A stretch of 64,000 nt of DNA from a virus (taxonomy: Duplodnaviria > Caudoviricetes): positions 19,179-83,178 of the IMG/VR virus record IMGVR_UViG_3300028591_000161; one strand, 5' to 3'. The notes beneath the pieces are model-generated. The model ran no database searches and was not told the origin of the DNA. It saw only the letters and a list, made by a program, of their open reading frames with translations. The translations under genes and the position numbers were made by a program. This document shows, in pieces, positions 54,648-62,778 of the stretch. Within the stretch, counting starts at the first letter, position 1. Every line of letters starts with the position of its first letter.

Positions 54648-56030
54648 ATGAAAGCTGAAAGATGTAATCTCGAAATTGAATATCTTTCTGATATCGCAAC
54701 ACACAATGGTTTTCGTATCGAGAAAGAAGATCCTTATGCACCGACCAATGTAAATGCATTGGTAGATTCATCGAAATTCACAGATTGTGAATACAGATGT
54801 GATTGCGGAGCATTCATCGGTCAGGACCTGATCGGTCAGACTTGTCCGTGTTGCCATTCTGAAATCACATTGCATTCTCTGAACTTTGGTTATACAGGAT
54901 GGATTGATCTTCATGAACACAAGGTCATTACGCCTGTATATTACATCATGCTGAAACGTGTCCTCGGTACAAACATGCTGCGGTATATTCTCGGCGATTA
55001 CAAATCGAAACTCGATATCAAGTATAACGAGAATGACAAAGGTGAACCGGAGGAGAAAAAGCAGAAACGTGCTGGACGAGTCTCACAGGATGATATTCGG
55101 TATATCGAAAAGAAAATTCCGAAGACGAAGCTGATGTATAAAGGTATCGGACATGATGGGTTCTATCAGAGATTTGAAGAAATCATCACAGCATGTGCTC
55201 CAAAGAGCAATGAAGAAGTGCCGATTCTTTTGGCAAATAAGGAGTCAGTATTTACATCCAAGATCCCACTGTACTCAACCGCATTCCGTCCGGTATCAAA
55301 GACTTCTGAAACGAAGTTTTATCCGAAGATCAATAAGTGGTTTGCACAGATGGTTTCGGTTGCATGCCGTATGGAAAATATGGTGCTTGACATCGAGAAA
55401 ATGCAGGCGTTGAATTACATTCAGAAATGCTGGATGGATGCCGCCGAGCATATCATCAAGAATGAGATGTCGAAGAAAGAAGGTTTCGTTCGTTCTGAAA
55501 TCGTTGGTGGTTCCTTCGCATTCTCAGCACGTTCTGTCATCACGCTTGACATTTCATTGAATGTTGATGAGGTTGATCTGCCGTACTCCATGGTCTTGAC
55601 AGCATATCAGTATCGTCTGACATATATGCTTGCGACACGTTATAACATGACGCTTGAACAAGCATACCTGTTCATCAATACTTATGAACAGAATGACATC
55701 ATCATCAGTCTGCTGAATGAAATTATCGATGAAGGACAATGGGTCATGTATTTGCGTGAACCGACAAACAATCTCGGTTCAATCGTTCTGGCTAAGATCC
55801 GCAGATACAAAATTGGTGATGACACAATGTCAGTGCCGCTCGAAGTTCTGTCGCTTCTGAATGCAGACTTTGATGGAGACCAGCTCGATATTCTGTTCCT
55901 TCTGGATCCACAGTTGGTTCCGAAGTTTGATGCATTCCATTATTCTTGTCTCACCGACAGAATCAACGAGACAGTGTCACTCGATATCTTGTCATGGTCG
56001 GATGTTGCGCTTGGTCGTATGACTGAATAA
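54648..56030 (+). CDS. rpoC: Multisubunit RNA polymerase beta' N-terminal subunit with catalytic motif (probably non-virion RNAP)
   Basis: Zn ribbon CDCG...CPCC, YTGWIDL, KIPLYSTAFRP, KEGFVRSEIVGGSFAFSARSVI, LREPT, LNADFDGDQL. Confidence 0.92.
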   Translation: MKAERCNLEIEYLSDIATHNGFRIEKEDPYAPTNVNALVDSSKFTDCEYRCDCGAFIGQDLIGQTCPCCHSEITLHSLNFGYTGWIDLHEHKVITPVYYIMLKRVLGTNMLRYILGDYKSKLDIKYNENDKGEPEEKKQKRAGRVSQDDIRYIEKKIPKTKLMYKGIGHDGFYQRFEEIITACAPKSNEEVPILLANKESVFTSKIPLYSTAFRPVSKTSETKFYPKINKWFAQMVSVACRMENMVLDIEKMQALNYIQKCWMDAAEHIIKNEMSKKEGFVRSEIVGGSFAFSARSVITLDISLNVDEVDLPYSMVLTAYQYRLTYMLATRYNMTLEQAYLFINTYEQNDIIISLLNEIIDEGQWVMYLREPTNNLGSIVLAKIRRYKIGDDTMSVPLEVLSLLNADFDGDQLDILFLLDPQLVPKFDAFHYSCLTDRINETVSLDILSWSDVALGRMTE

Positions 56031-56034
56031 GAAG

Positions 56035-56059
56035 AAAGGAGGGGTATTACCCCTCCTTT
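56035..56059 (+). terminator. Intrinsic terminator
   Basis: AAAGGAGGGG-TATTA-CCCCTCCTTT then T-rich run. Confidence 0.8.
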
Positions 56060-56076
56060 TCTTTTTTCTATCTTCA

Positions 56077-56125
56077 AATATATATTCTTATTTTGAACAA
56101 TAGAGCGTATTCAAAAAAACGCTCT
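56077..56125 (+). promoter_or_regulatory. Putative early promoter AATATATT plus leader hairpin
   Basis: AATATATT (56077-56084) then AGAGCGT-N10-ACGCTCT (56102-56125) before AAGGAGG. Confidence 0.5.
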
Positions 56126-56143
56126 GATAAGGAGGCGATTAAC

Positions 56144-56821
56144 TTGACATATTTCGATCGAGTTATACAGGAATATTCTCGAGAGTTGGAAGATAAAGTC
56201 CAGGAGGAAATCCAAGATGCGAATACACAGGACTCTTCACCGATTTCGAGTATGATTCGGAGTGCATTGAAAGCTGGGCACAAAGTTTATCTATGCACAG
56301 ATTGGCATCTGTGGCGATATGACAAAAAGAAGAAAACGATCTATCAACGGTCAGACTTCCAAAGTATCATCAATGCTTACAATAATAAAGTGACAGATGA
56401 TGATGTCGTGATTTATCTCGGAGATCTGATTGATGGTGAATGTGAACCCAAAAAGAAAGAACTCGCCGCTGTTCTGGATTCATTGAAAGGGAAACGTGTT
56501 ATGATTCGTGGGAACAATGATTTGTTCCCAGACGAGTTCTATTTGCAACACGGGTTCAAATACATAACGCCGAAGTTTGTCTATAACGACATTTTGTTTA
56601 CACATATGCCGGAAGACCACAAACACCGAATGAATATCCATGGTCATATCCACGGATACAAAACATATTGGCTGCCGTATCATGATATGATCGATGTTGC
56701 GTTTCTTAATGGGCGAAAAGAACCCGTTGAGATGAATGCAGTGATTGACGCACTCCCGAAGTATCGGAAGGTTGCAAAAGAAGTTCCTGAGAGATTTGAA
56801 CAGGAGTTTGCATTTATGTAA
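56144..56821 (+). CDS. Calcineurin-like metallophosphoesterase
   Basis: TDWH, YLGDL, RGNND, FTHMP, IHGHIH; TTG start after AAGGAGG. Confidence 0.9.
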   Translation: MTYFDRVIQEYSRELEDKVQEEIQDANTQDSSPISSMIRSALKAGHKVYLCTDWHLWRYDKKKKTIYQRSDFQSIINAYNNKVTDDDVVIYLGDLIDGECEPKKKELAAVLDSLKGKRVMIRGNNDLFPDEFYLQHGFKYITPKFVYNDILFTHMPEDHKHRMNIHGHIHGYKTYWLPYHDMIDVAFLNGRKEPVEMNAVIDALPKYRKVAKEVPERFEQEFAFM

Positions 56822-56822
56822 A

Positions 56823-56848
56823 TAATGGGCGGGTCATCCCGCCCATTA
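56823..56848 (+). terminator. Intrinsic terminator
   Basis: TAATGGGCGGG-TCAT-CCCGCCCATTA. Confidence 0.7.
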
Positions 56849-56871
56849 AATATATTTTTGAGGTGAAGAAT

Positions 56872-57222
56872 ATGGTAGACGCCGATACCCAATATGAGGT
56901 ATTACATTCCCCATTTGATGTAAATGTGCATAAAGAAACATTCATCAACTACCTCGAAGTTATCATCAAATCTGATGGAACCATCGAATACGCAGTTCCG
57001 TCACACATGATGAAACTAACCGAGATATACGGGAAAACATCAGACGAGATGTTTGAGGACTATTACAAATCCGACGGAATGATGGATCCGGTTCAATGGA
57101 TCTGTAAACAAACAGGTTGTATATCTGTATGGGATGATGGGTATACAGGACATGCAAATGCTGCACAGAAACGAGCATTATGGATGCTCAAAAGAAATGG
57201 AGTTTATGGAGGACCGATATGA
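56872..57222 (+). CDS. Hypothetical protein
   Basis: RBS GAGGTG; FINYLEVIIKSDGTIEYAVPSH. Confidence 0.75.
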   Translation: MVDADTQYEVLHSPFDVNVHKETFINYLEVIIKSDGTIEYAVPSHMMKLTEIYGKTSDEMFEDYYKSDGMMDPVQWICKQTGCISVWDDGYTGHANAAQKRALWMLKRNGVYGGPI

Positions 57223-57581
57223 AATACTTTATTAGTCAACCGATGGCTGGACTCACGGATGAAGAGATCCTTGCCAGAAGAAACCAGTTGATCGAACTGA
57301 TCAAATCCACCCGACCGGGAGAAAACGTCGAGATAATCGACTCGTTTACCAAAAGTGAGGAAATTCAGGGACGTGGTCGAATCGCGATGTTGGGAGATTC
57401 GATCATGAAGATGTATGATGCAGACGTCACATTCTTTGCAAAGGGATGGGAAAAATCTGCAGGTTGCAAAGTCGAACATGAAGTATGTGTTCAATATCAT
57501 ATTCGTCGACTGTATGAAGAGACGATGAACACAGACTACAGGCAGATGCATCATGATGAATCAACAACGTATTGGAGGTAA
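57219..57581 (+). CDS. DUF4406 / nucleoside 2-deoxyribosyltransferase-like protein
   Basis: MKYFISQPMAG ... DADVTFFAKGWEKSAGCKVEH pattern; RBS GGAGG; ATGA overlap. Confidence 0.75.
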   Translation: MKYFISQPMAGLTDEEILARRNQLIELIKSTRPGENVEIIDSFTKSEEIQGRGRIAMLGDSIMKMYDADVTFFAKGWEKSAGCKVEHEVCVQYHIRRLYEETMNTDYRQMHHDESTTYWR

Positions 57582-57583
57582 GT

Positions 57584-57925
57584 ATGAGACGAAAACCATT
57601 TAATTCAAGTGGATGGCCACCGCTGTTACAACAATTAGGCATTGTCAACAAACGGAAACATGCGGGCACCATCAAAGCAAGCGCAATCGTAATTCACACA
57701 ATGGTCCGGAACTATACTTATGAGATCTATATGTACAATGTCTCAAAAGATATCTGGGAGAACATCGGTACATATAAATTTATTGGTGAGGACGCTTTGA
57801 ACTATCAATTCGAAGAAGTTGAAAGCAAACTCTCCAATATCGAGTTCAAGACTATTACGCTGCCGAAGACAATGGATGATCGGTATTTCTTCCGTGCAGC
57901 GAGTGAGTACGACAAGGAGCCGTGA
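57584..57925 (+). CDS. Hypothetical protein
   Basis: RBS GGAGGT before ATG 57584. Confidence 0.7.
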   Translation: MRRKPFNSSGWPPLLQQLGIVNKRKHAGTIKASAIVIHTMVRNYTYEIYMYNVSKDIWENIGTYKFIGEDALNYQFEEVESKLSNIEFKTITLPKTMDDRYFFRAASEYDKEP

Positions 57926-57929
57926 AAAT

Positions 57930-58982
57930 ATGTATGCATTTATCGCCGATTTACATCTCGGCGTAAAGTTACCCAAGATCGATTTCGTGAAATCGTTATC
58001 TGATTTTCTCGGAATCATTCAAAACCACAAAGAAGACTGTCATGCAATCTTTGTATGTGGAGATATGTTCGATCATAGATTGTCTGTTGATGATGCCAAG
58101 TTTGCGGCGCAATTCATGGCTGCATTGGTATACAATCATTCCGGACCAAACCATCAGAATATTCCCGTGTACTTCATCGCCGGAACGGATTCACATGATC
58201 TTGACCAGTATCCGATCTTTCTGTCAATGATTGATGAATCCGTTCGCGCGAATATCTTCTATATTGACAAAGCATGCTCGTTGACAGTATTTGGTGACAA
58301 AAAGGTATTATTCCTACCACAAGAATATGGGGATGTGGATTATACAAAACTTTTTGAAGACACATACGACATTATTGTTGGACACGGTCCAATGTCATCT
58401 GAAACTAAGAATCCTTGCAAGTCTGCTAAATACGAGATTGTACATTCGGCAGACTTGCTTGGAAAGATTTCGAAATTATGTGTATTCGGTCATTATCATG
58501 GCTTTACGGATTTCGGAAATAATGTATATTATGCAGGTCCGTGGTTGCGATGGAAGTATGGTGAAGATGAACAACGTGTGTTCTTCTGCTGTGATGACAA
58601 TCTGAAAGTTTTCACAGAACCGAACACCAATGCAATGGAATTCGAAACCATCGAGATCCATAATCCGGAAGAATTACGAGAGCACTTGTCGAAAGAGATT
58701 TCAAATCCGCATCGTTTTGTGGTTCATTTAACACCTGATGAAATGTCTGTCTATAACGGAATCTATCATACGAACAATTCTCCCATGATAAAATTTGTGG
58801 AAGAATACACAATGCCGGAAGATGATTTGGTTCTTACTGTCGATGAGACATTGTCTGCACAAGAAGAAGCAGTTCCCCCTATGACAATTCTGGCGACATA
58901 CATCAAAGACAAATCTGGACTTGATGCATCGGAACAGCTTCAACAATATGAAGCACAAATCAAGAAGGAGGAGAAATCATGA
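57930..58982 (+). CDS. sbcD: SbcD/Mre11-like DNA nuclease subunit
   Basis: FIADLHLG, CGDMFD, AGTDSHD, VGHG, FGHYH, YYAGP; start moved to ATG 57930 after AAGGAG. Confidence 0.85.
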   Translation: MYAFIADLHLGVKLPKIDFVKSLSDFLGIIQNHKEDCHAIFVCGDMFDHRLSVDDAKFAAQFMAALVYNHSGPNHQNIPVYFIAGTDSHDLDQYPIFLSMIDESVRANIFYIDKACSLTVFGDKKVLFLPQEYGDVDYTKLFEDTYDIIVGHGPMSSETKNPCKSAKYEIVHSADLLGKISKLCVFGHYHGFTDFGNNVYYAGPWLRWKYGEDEQRVFFCCDDNLKVFTEPNTNAMEFETIEIHNPEELREHLSKEISNPHRFVVHLTPDEMSVYNGIYHTNNSPMIKFVEEYTMPEDDLVLTVDETLSAQEEAVPPMTILATYIKDKSGLDASEQLQQYEAQIKKEEKS

Positions 58983-59197
58983 ATGAAAATGATTTTCCGT
59001 GGATGCCTGATAGGGTATCGCCGGAGAAAGCAGCTGTACAGGAACGTATTGAACGGGAAGCTGCTGAAGAACGGGAACGTGAGAAAAAGCGTTCTCGAAT
59101 AAAATTCTGGATTTTGGTCATCGGCGTAATCAGTGTCATCAGTCTGATGGCATTATGGCTGACGATTGAAATTATAAGAAAAATCGCAAACGGTTGA
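58979..59197 (+). CDS. Small single-TM membrane protein (72 aa)
   Basis: RBS AAGGAGGAG; charged N-terminus then FWILVIGVISVISLMALWL. Confidence 0.75.
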   Translation: MNENDFPWMPDRVSPEKAAVQERIEREAAEEREREKKRSRIKFWILVIGVISVISLMALWLTIEIIRKIANG

Positions 59198-59208
59198 GGA
59201 GGAAACAC

Positions 59209-59568
59209 ATGAAAAAGAAAGGCTTCACACTTATCGAACTGATCGTGGTTATTGCGATCATTGCTGTCATCGGGGTTATCCTGTTGCCAGGGATCCTGAA
59301 AGTCTGTAATAAACAACGTGTAACAGTCACTGTTACAGACAAGGGTACAAAACGCAAGGGAGACGATGATGACAAGTATCTCGTATATACAGACGTCACA
59401 ACATATGAGATCACCGATTCTCTTTTCAAATGGAGATGGGATTCGTCGGATCTTTATGGCTCGATCGAAGTCGGAAAGACATACGAGATTGAAATTGGCG
59501 GATACCGGATTCCGCTTCTGTCGACATATCAGAATATCTATTCCGTAAGGGAGGTCACTCCTGAATGA
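59209..59568 (+). CDS. Prepilin-type (class III signal) protein with DUF1523-like C-terminal domain
   Basis: MKKKG/FTLIELIVVIAIIAVIGVILLPG; then VTVTDK...KYLVYTD...EITDSLF...SSDLYG.IEVGKTY...GYRIPLLS.YQNI; RBS GAGGAGG. Confidence 0.85.
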   Translation: MKKKGFTLIELIVVIAIIAVIGVILLPGILKVCNKQRVTVTVTDKGTKRKGDDDDKYLVYTDVTTYEITDSLFKWRWDSSDLYGSIEVGKTYEIEIGGYRIPLLSTYQNIYSVREVTPE

Positions 59569-59735
59569 ATGAGGAATATTCAGAAGGAATACTGGCAATG
59601 ATCGGACTGATCACAATCTGTGCGGTTGTGATCTATTTGATACTCAAAGTCTGTATCAAGTTTGTCAAGTTTCTGAAAAAGAAACAGTCTGAACGTTTAC
59701 AAATTGAGGAGGATTGTAATGTCAAAGAAGATTGA
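59565..59735 (+). CDS. Small single-TM membrane protein (56 aa, not in ORF track)
   Basis: ATGA overlap with the pilin-like gene; GILAMIGLITICAVVIYLILKVC then KFVKFLKKK; RBS GGGAGG. Confidence 0.65.
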   Translation: MNEEYSEGILAMIGLITICAVVIYLILKVCIKFVKFLKKKQSERLQIEEDCNVKED

Positions 59736-60456
59736 TGAAACATATAATGAGCCTGGAAAGATTATGTTTTTCCGGGGTGATTACCATTTCCTGTCAAATT
59801 TCTACCCGTGCAAAATAACCGACTTTGAAGGCAACGTGTTCGAATGCGCGGAAGCAATGTTTCAGTCATATAAAACGACTGATCCAGAAGAGCGTAAGAA
59901 ATTCACAAAGATGAACGGCAAGGAATCAAAAGCTGCTGGTCGTAAAGTGAAGCTTCGTGATGACTGGGAGAAGATCAAACGGTATGTGATGTGGTATGTT
60001 GTATATCAAAAGTTTTCACAAGATAAAGATCTCGGAAGACTTTTGATTCAGACTGGTCGGGCTGATATCATTGAAGGAAACAACTGGAATGATCAGTACT
60101 GGGGTCGTTGCTTCAAAAAGATCCCGTATAAAGATGGTGACCGAGAAGTACTGGTCGGTCAGAATAATCTCGGATCCATTCTGATGCAAGTACGTGATGT
60201 GATTGTCAGCAGACAGCTTCCATCATATACAAATGGTTGGAATTGGGATTATGATGATGAAGAAGATGATCGTCCTGTGAAACGATCAATACAACAACGG
60301 AATCACCGAAACGATCTCTCTCCATCAATCACATATATATGTGATCGGCGTCCGCTCGATGAATATCTCTCGATGCTGAAAGACCTTCGGGCGATGATAC
60401 TTGCCCAGACCGAATCTGAGACATCTGAGACAGTTGATGAGAATCCGGCTGAATAA
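59719..60456 (+). CDS. NADAR (YbiA-like) hydrolase with acidic C-terminal extension
   Basis: FLSNFYP, AEAMFQSYK, GRKVKLRDDWE, QKFSQ, IEGNNWNDQYWG, GQNNLGSILMQVR; RBS GAGGAGG before ATG 59719. Confidence 0.92.
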   Translation: MSKKIDETYNEPGKIMFFRGDYHFLSNFYPCKITDFEGNVFECAEAMFQSYKTTDPEERKKFTKMNGKESKAAGRKVKLRDDWEKIKRYVMWYVVYQKFSQDKDLGRLLIQTGRADIIEGNNWNDQYWGRCFKKIPYKDGDREVLVGQNNLGSILMQVRDVIVSRQLPSYTNGWNWDYDDEEDDRPVKRSIQQRNHRNDLSPSITYICDRRPLDEYLSMLKDLRAMILAQTESETSETVDENPAE

Positions 60457-60461
60457 ATTAT

Positions 60462-60487
60462 GAATGGTGGGCTTCGGCCCACCATTC
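60462..60487 (+). terminator. Intrinsic terminator with UUCG tetraloop
   Basis: GAATGGTGGGC-TTCG-GCCCACCATTC. Confidence 0.75.
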
Positions 60488-60513
60488 CATACATATTTTT
60501 GTGAGGTGATAAG

Positions 60514-61041
60514 ATGATTCGGTATATCAAAGTCGGTGAACTGCATGAAGTAGATCTCGACAGCGCTGCTAAGACTTATCTTAAGACATATTATACGTGT
60601 CCGAGATGTGGTCTGTCAAACCCAAAGATCGAGAATGCTTTACGTGAACCGGTGGTAAAACACCACAATATTCGCACATATTACAAGTGGCATCTTGGTC
60701 TGTTTCGAACAACACACATCATTGCTGCCGAAAATTGGTGCGAGAAATGCAATTCACGTTGGAGTGAGTCCCAAAAAATAAAGGGTGAATTTACATGGAG
60801 ACCAATCGGAAAATGCATTAAGTATTGGATCATTATGCTGATTGCTATATGTATCGCAATTCCAACACTTACATGGTGCATTCATATATCCGGTATTCCT
60901 ACTGTCGAACAGGAAGTCACGAGTGGTCAATTCGCGTGTGTATTGATTCCAGCACTTGTGAGCATGGCTGTAATAATCTATGCAATTGTAAAAATTGCAT
61001 CAATAACATGCAAGAAAAATAGGGATGAAAAACGAAGTTAA
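60514..61041 (+). CDS. Zn-ribbon plus two-TM membrane protein (175 aa)
   Basis: CPRCG ... CEKC then two hydrophobic segments; RBS GAGGTG. Confidence 0.75.
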   Translation: MIRYIKVGELHEVDLDSAAKTYLKTYYTCPRCGLSNPKIENALREPVVKHHNIRTYYKWHLGLFRTTHIIAAENWCEKCNSRWSESQKIKGEFTWRPIGKCIKYWIIMLIAICIAIPTLTWCIHISGIPTVEQEVTSGQFACVLIPALVSMAVIIYAIVKIASITCKKNRDEKRS

Positions 61042-61056
61042 GGAGGATTTATTCGT

Positions 61057-61587
61057 ATGCTGTTATTTGATTCTATTCTTTCTCTCAAGGAGTATCTGTA
61101 TCATGGAATGATATTCGCGGCCAATCAGTATATCATTGGACATGGTGTTGCTCCAAATGATATCTTTTGGTCATTCTTGAGCATTGTTCCGAATCAAAAT
61201 ATAACATATCTGGAAGCCCTCACATCTGACAATGTTATTGCGATGGGTGATGGATGTGTGATCGCAGATCGCAATGATGAGGACAATCCGTGGTTCACTA
61301 TCATCAAGGATCGTTCGCGAGGATTTGTTCGTATCGTGTGCGAGCGGATTGTCACTCGTAATGGACCCGTGATTATGGACATCAAGATCAATTATGATCC
61401 AAAAACAACCGATTATAATTTCTGGATCGGATTTGCCGTTGCACCGGCGGAAGATGAATGTGCACTTCATGAAGAGTGTCAACTCGCTTTTGCTACATTC
61501 CTTGGTATGGGGCAACAGATCGAATCCGAATCTTATGTCAAAATGAAACAACGGGAACTCGACGGTGTTGAAGAATCCGACGAGTAA
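61057..61587 (+). CDS. Hypothetical protein (176 aa)
   Basis: RBS AAGGAGG. Confidence 0.75.
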   Translation: MLLFDSILSLKEYLYHGMIFAANQYIIGHGVAPNDIFWSFLSIVPNQNITYLEALTSDNVIAMGDGCVIADRNDEDNPWFTIIKDRSRGFVRIVCERIVTRNGPVIMDIKINYDPKTTDYNFWIGFAVAPAEDECALHEECQLAFATFLGMGQQIESESYVKMKQRELDGVEESDE

Positions 61588-61602
61588 CGAGGAGATGATC
61601 GA

Positions 61603-62157
61603 GTGAATATTGATTTGGTATTCAAGGATGAAGAACAGCTGACGCTGTATTTGTTTCATCATATCATATCCAGATTGATGTTTTCATTTCAAACATTCGA
61701 AGATGCACACAAAAACTGTTCGTTGTGGTATGTCGGACCTGGGCATTCAGATCATGTGTCATCTGATGATTTTGAGATTCTCGACTGTGCATATATTTAC
61801 ACATACATTCGAAATCATCCGGGTGAACCTGAGAATGCGCCCGTAAGAAGAATCATGTCGATTTATGCTGTACGAAATCTGATAAAAGATGACGGTACAT
61901 GCCATATATCAGTTAGAATACCTGATAACAATATGATCGTCAAAATTCAGATTGACAAAGTGTATTCAGACAGGATTGATACAATGATACCACACGCAAA
62001 TATCAATTTCTGTTCAATTGACAAAAATGTGGAATGTGATCCAAGTGCCGTCCAATATTACAAAGATCTATTCGATGACGCATTTAGACAAATCATCTGT
62101 GAATCAGCATTCTTTGAATATGATGATGACGGAAACATCACAGGATATTCAAACTGA
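61603..62157 (+). CDS. Hypothetical protein (184 aa)
   Basis: GTG start after GAGGAG. Confidence 0.7.
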   Translation: MNIDLVFKDEEQLTLYLFHHIISRLMFSFQTFEDAHKNCSLWYVGPGHSDHVSSDDFEILDCAYIYTYIRNHPGEPENAPVRRIMSIYAVRNLIKDDGTCHISVRIPDNNMIVKIQIDKVYSDRIDTMIPHANINFCSIDKNVECDPSAVQYYKDLFDDAFRQIICESAFFEYDDDGNITGYSN

Positions 62158-62187
62158 AAACTCTGAATAGAAGGAGGGATTTAAACG

Positions 62188-62490
62188 ATGGATCATAAAG
62201 CAATTGATGAGGCGTATGCAAATGCGACAGAACAGGAACTGATCTCTGGTTTCAAAGTAAAAATGACACATGCCAAAATGACATTTGCTCCATATGGTTT
62301 TCCACGTGAAATCACATTATATGGACTCTTGGGGGATGTTTTATATGCTGCCAAGCTGAGTGTTGAAGAACGTTCAAAATACATGGAAATGTCAGATGGA
62401 TGTAATCTGGAATGGTGGTGTGGTATCTCACCGGATTACGTCATGGCATTGCCAAAACCGAGAGGAGGTAGTAAAGATGAAGGAGGATGA
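62188..62490 (+). CDS. Hypothetical protein (100 aa)
   Basis: RBS AAGGAGG. Confidence 0.75.
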   Translation: MDHKAIDEAYANATEQELISGFKVKMTHAKMTFAPYGFPREITLYGLLGDVLYAAKLSVEERSKYMEMSDGCNLEWWCGISPDYVMALPKPRGGSKDEGG

Positions 62491-62765
62491 CAATCGTGAC
62501 GGAGAAGGAGAGAATTGAACAACTTGAAGCTGAAGTTGCGAAACTCAAGATTCTTGTGCAACTTGCACTTGGAATGGGTGGTAATGCCATGTTTGTTCAG
62601 CACAATGATTCTGAACACTGGAACGGATTGTGCAAATATATGGCACATATGGGTCTCGATAATAATACTGGATTCGAGATCACTGGTGACGGCGTTATCG
62701 TTCGCCGTGATGGAAAGGAGATTCCTGAATGTTCGTTAAAGAGCACAAAGGAAAATGAGAAATGA
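62487..62765 (+). CDS. Hypothetical protein (92 aa)
   Basis: ATGA overlap, RBS AAGGAGG. Confidence 0.75.
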   Translation: MTIVTEKERIEQLEAEVAKLKILVQLALGMGGNAMFVQHNDSEHWNGLCKYMAHMGLDNNTGFEITGDGVIVRRDGKEIPECSLKSTKENEK

Positions 62766-62778
62766 GGTGAAATCGACA

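Noticed and set aside
14340-56030. Group I introns in RNAP genes (known in AR9)
   Set aside because: All three subunits read as continuous ORFs with motifs at expected spacing.
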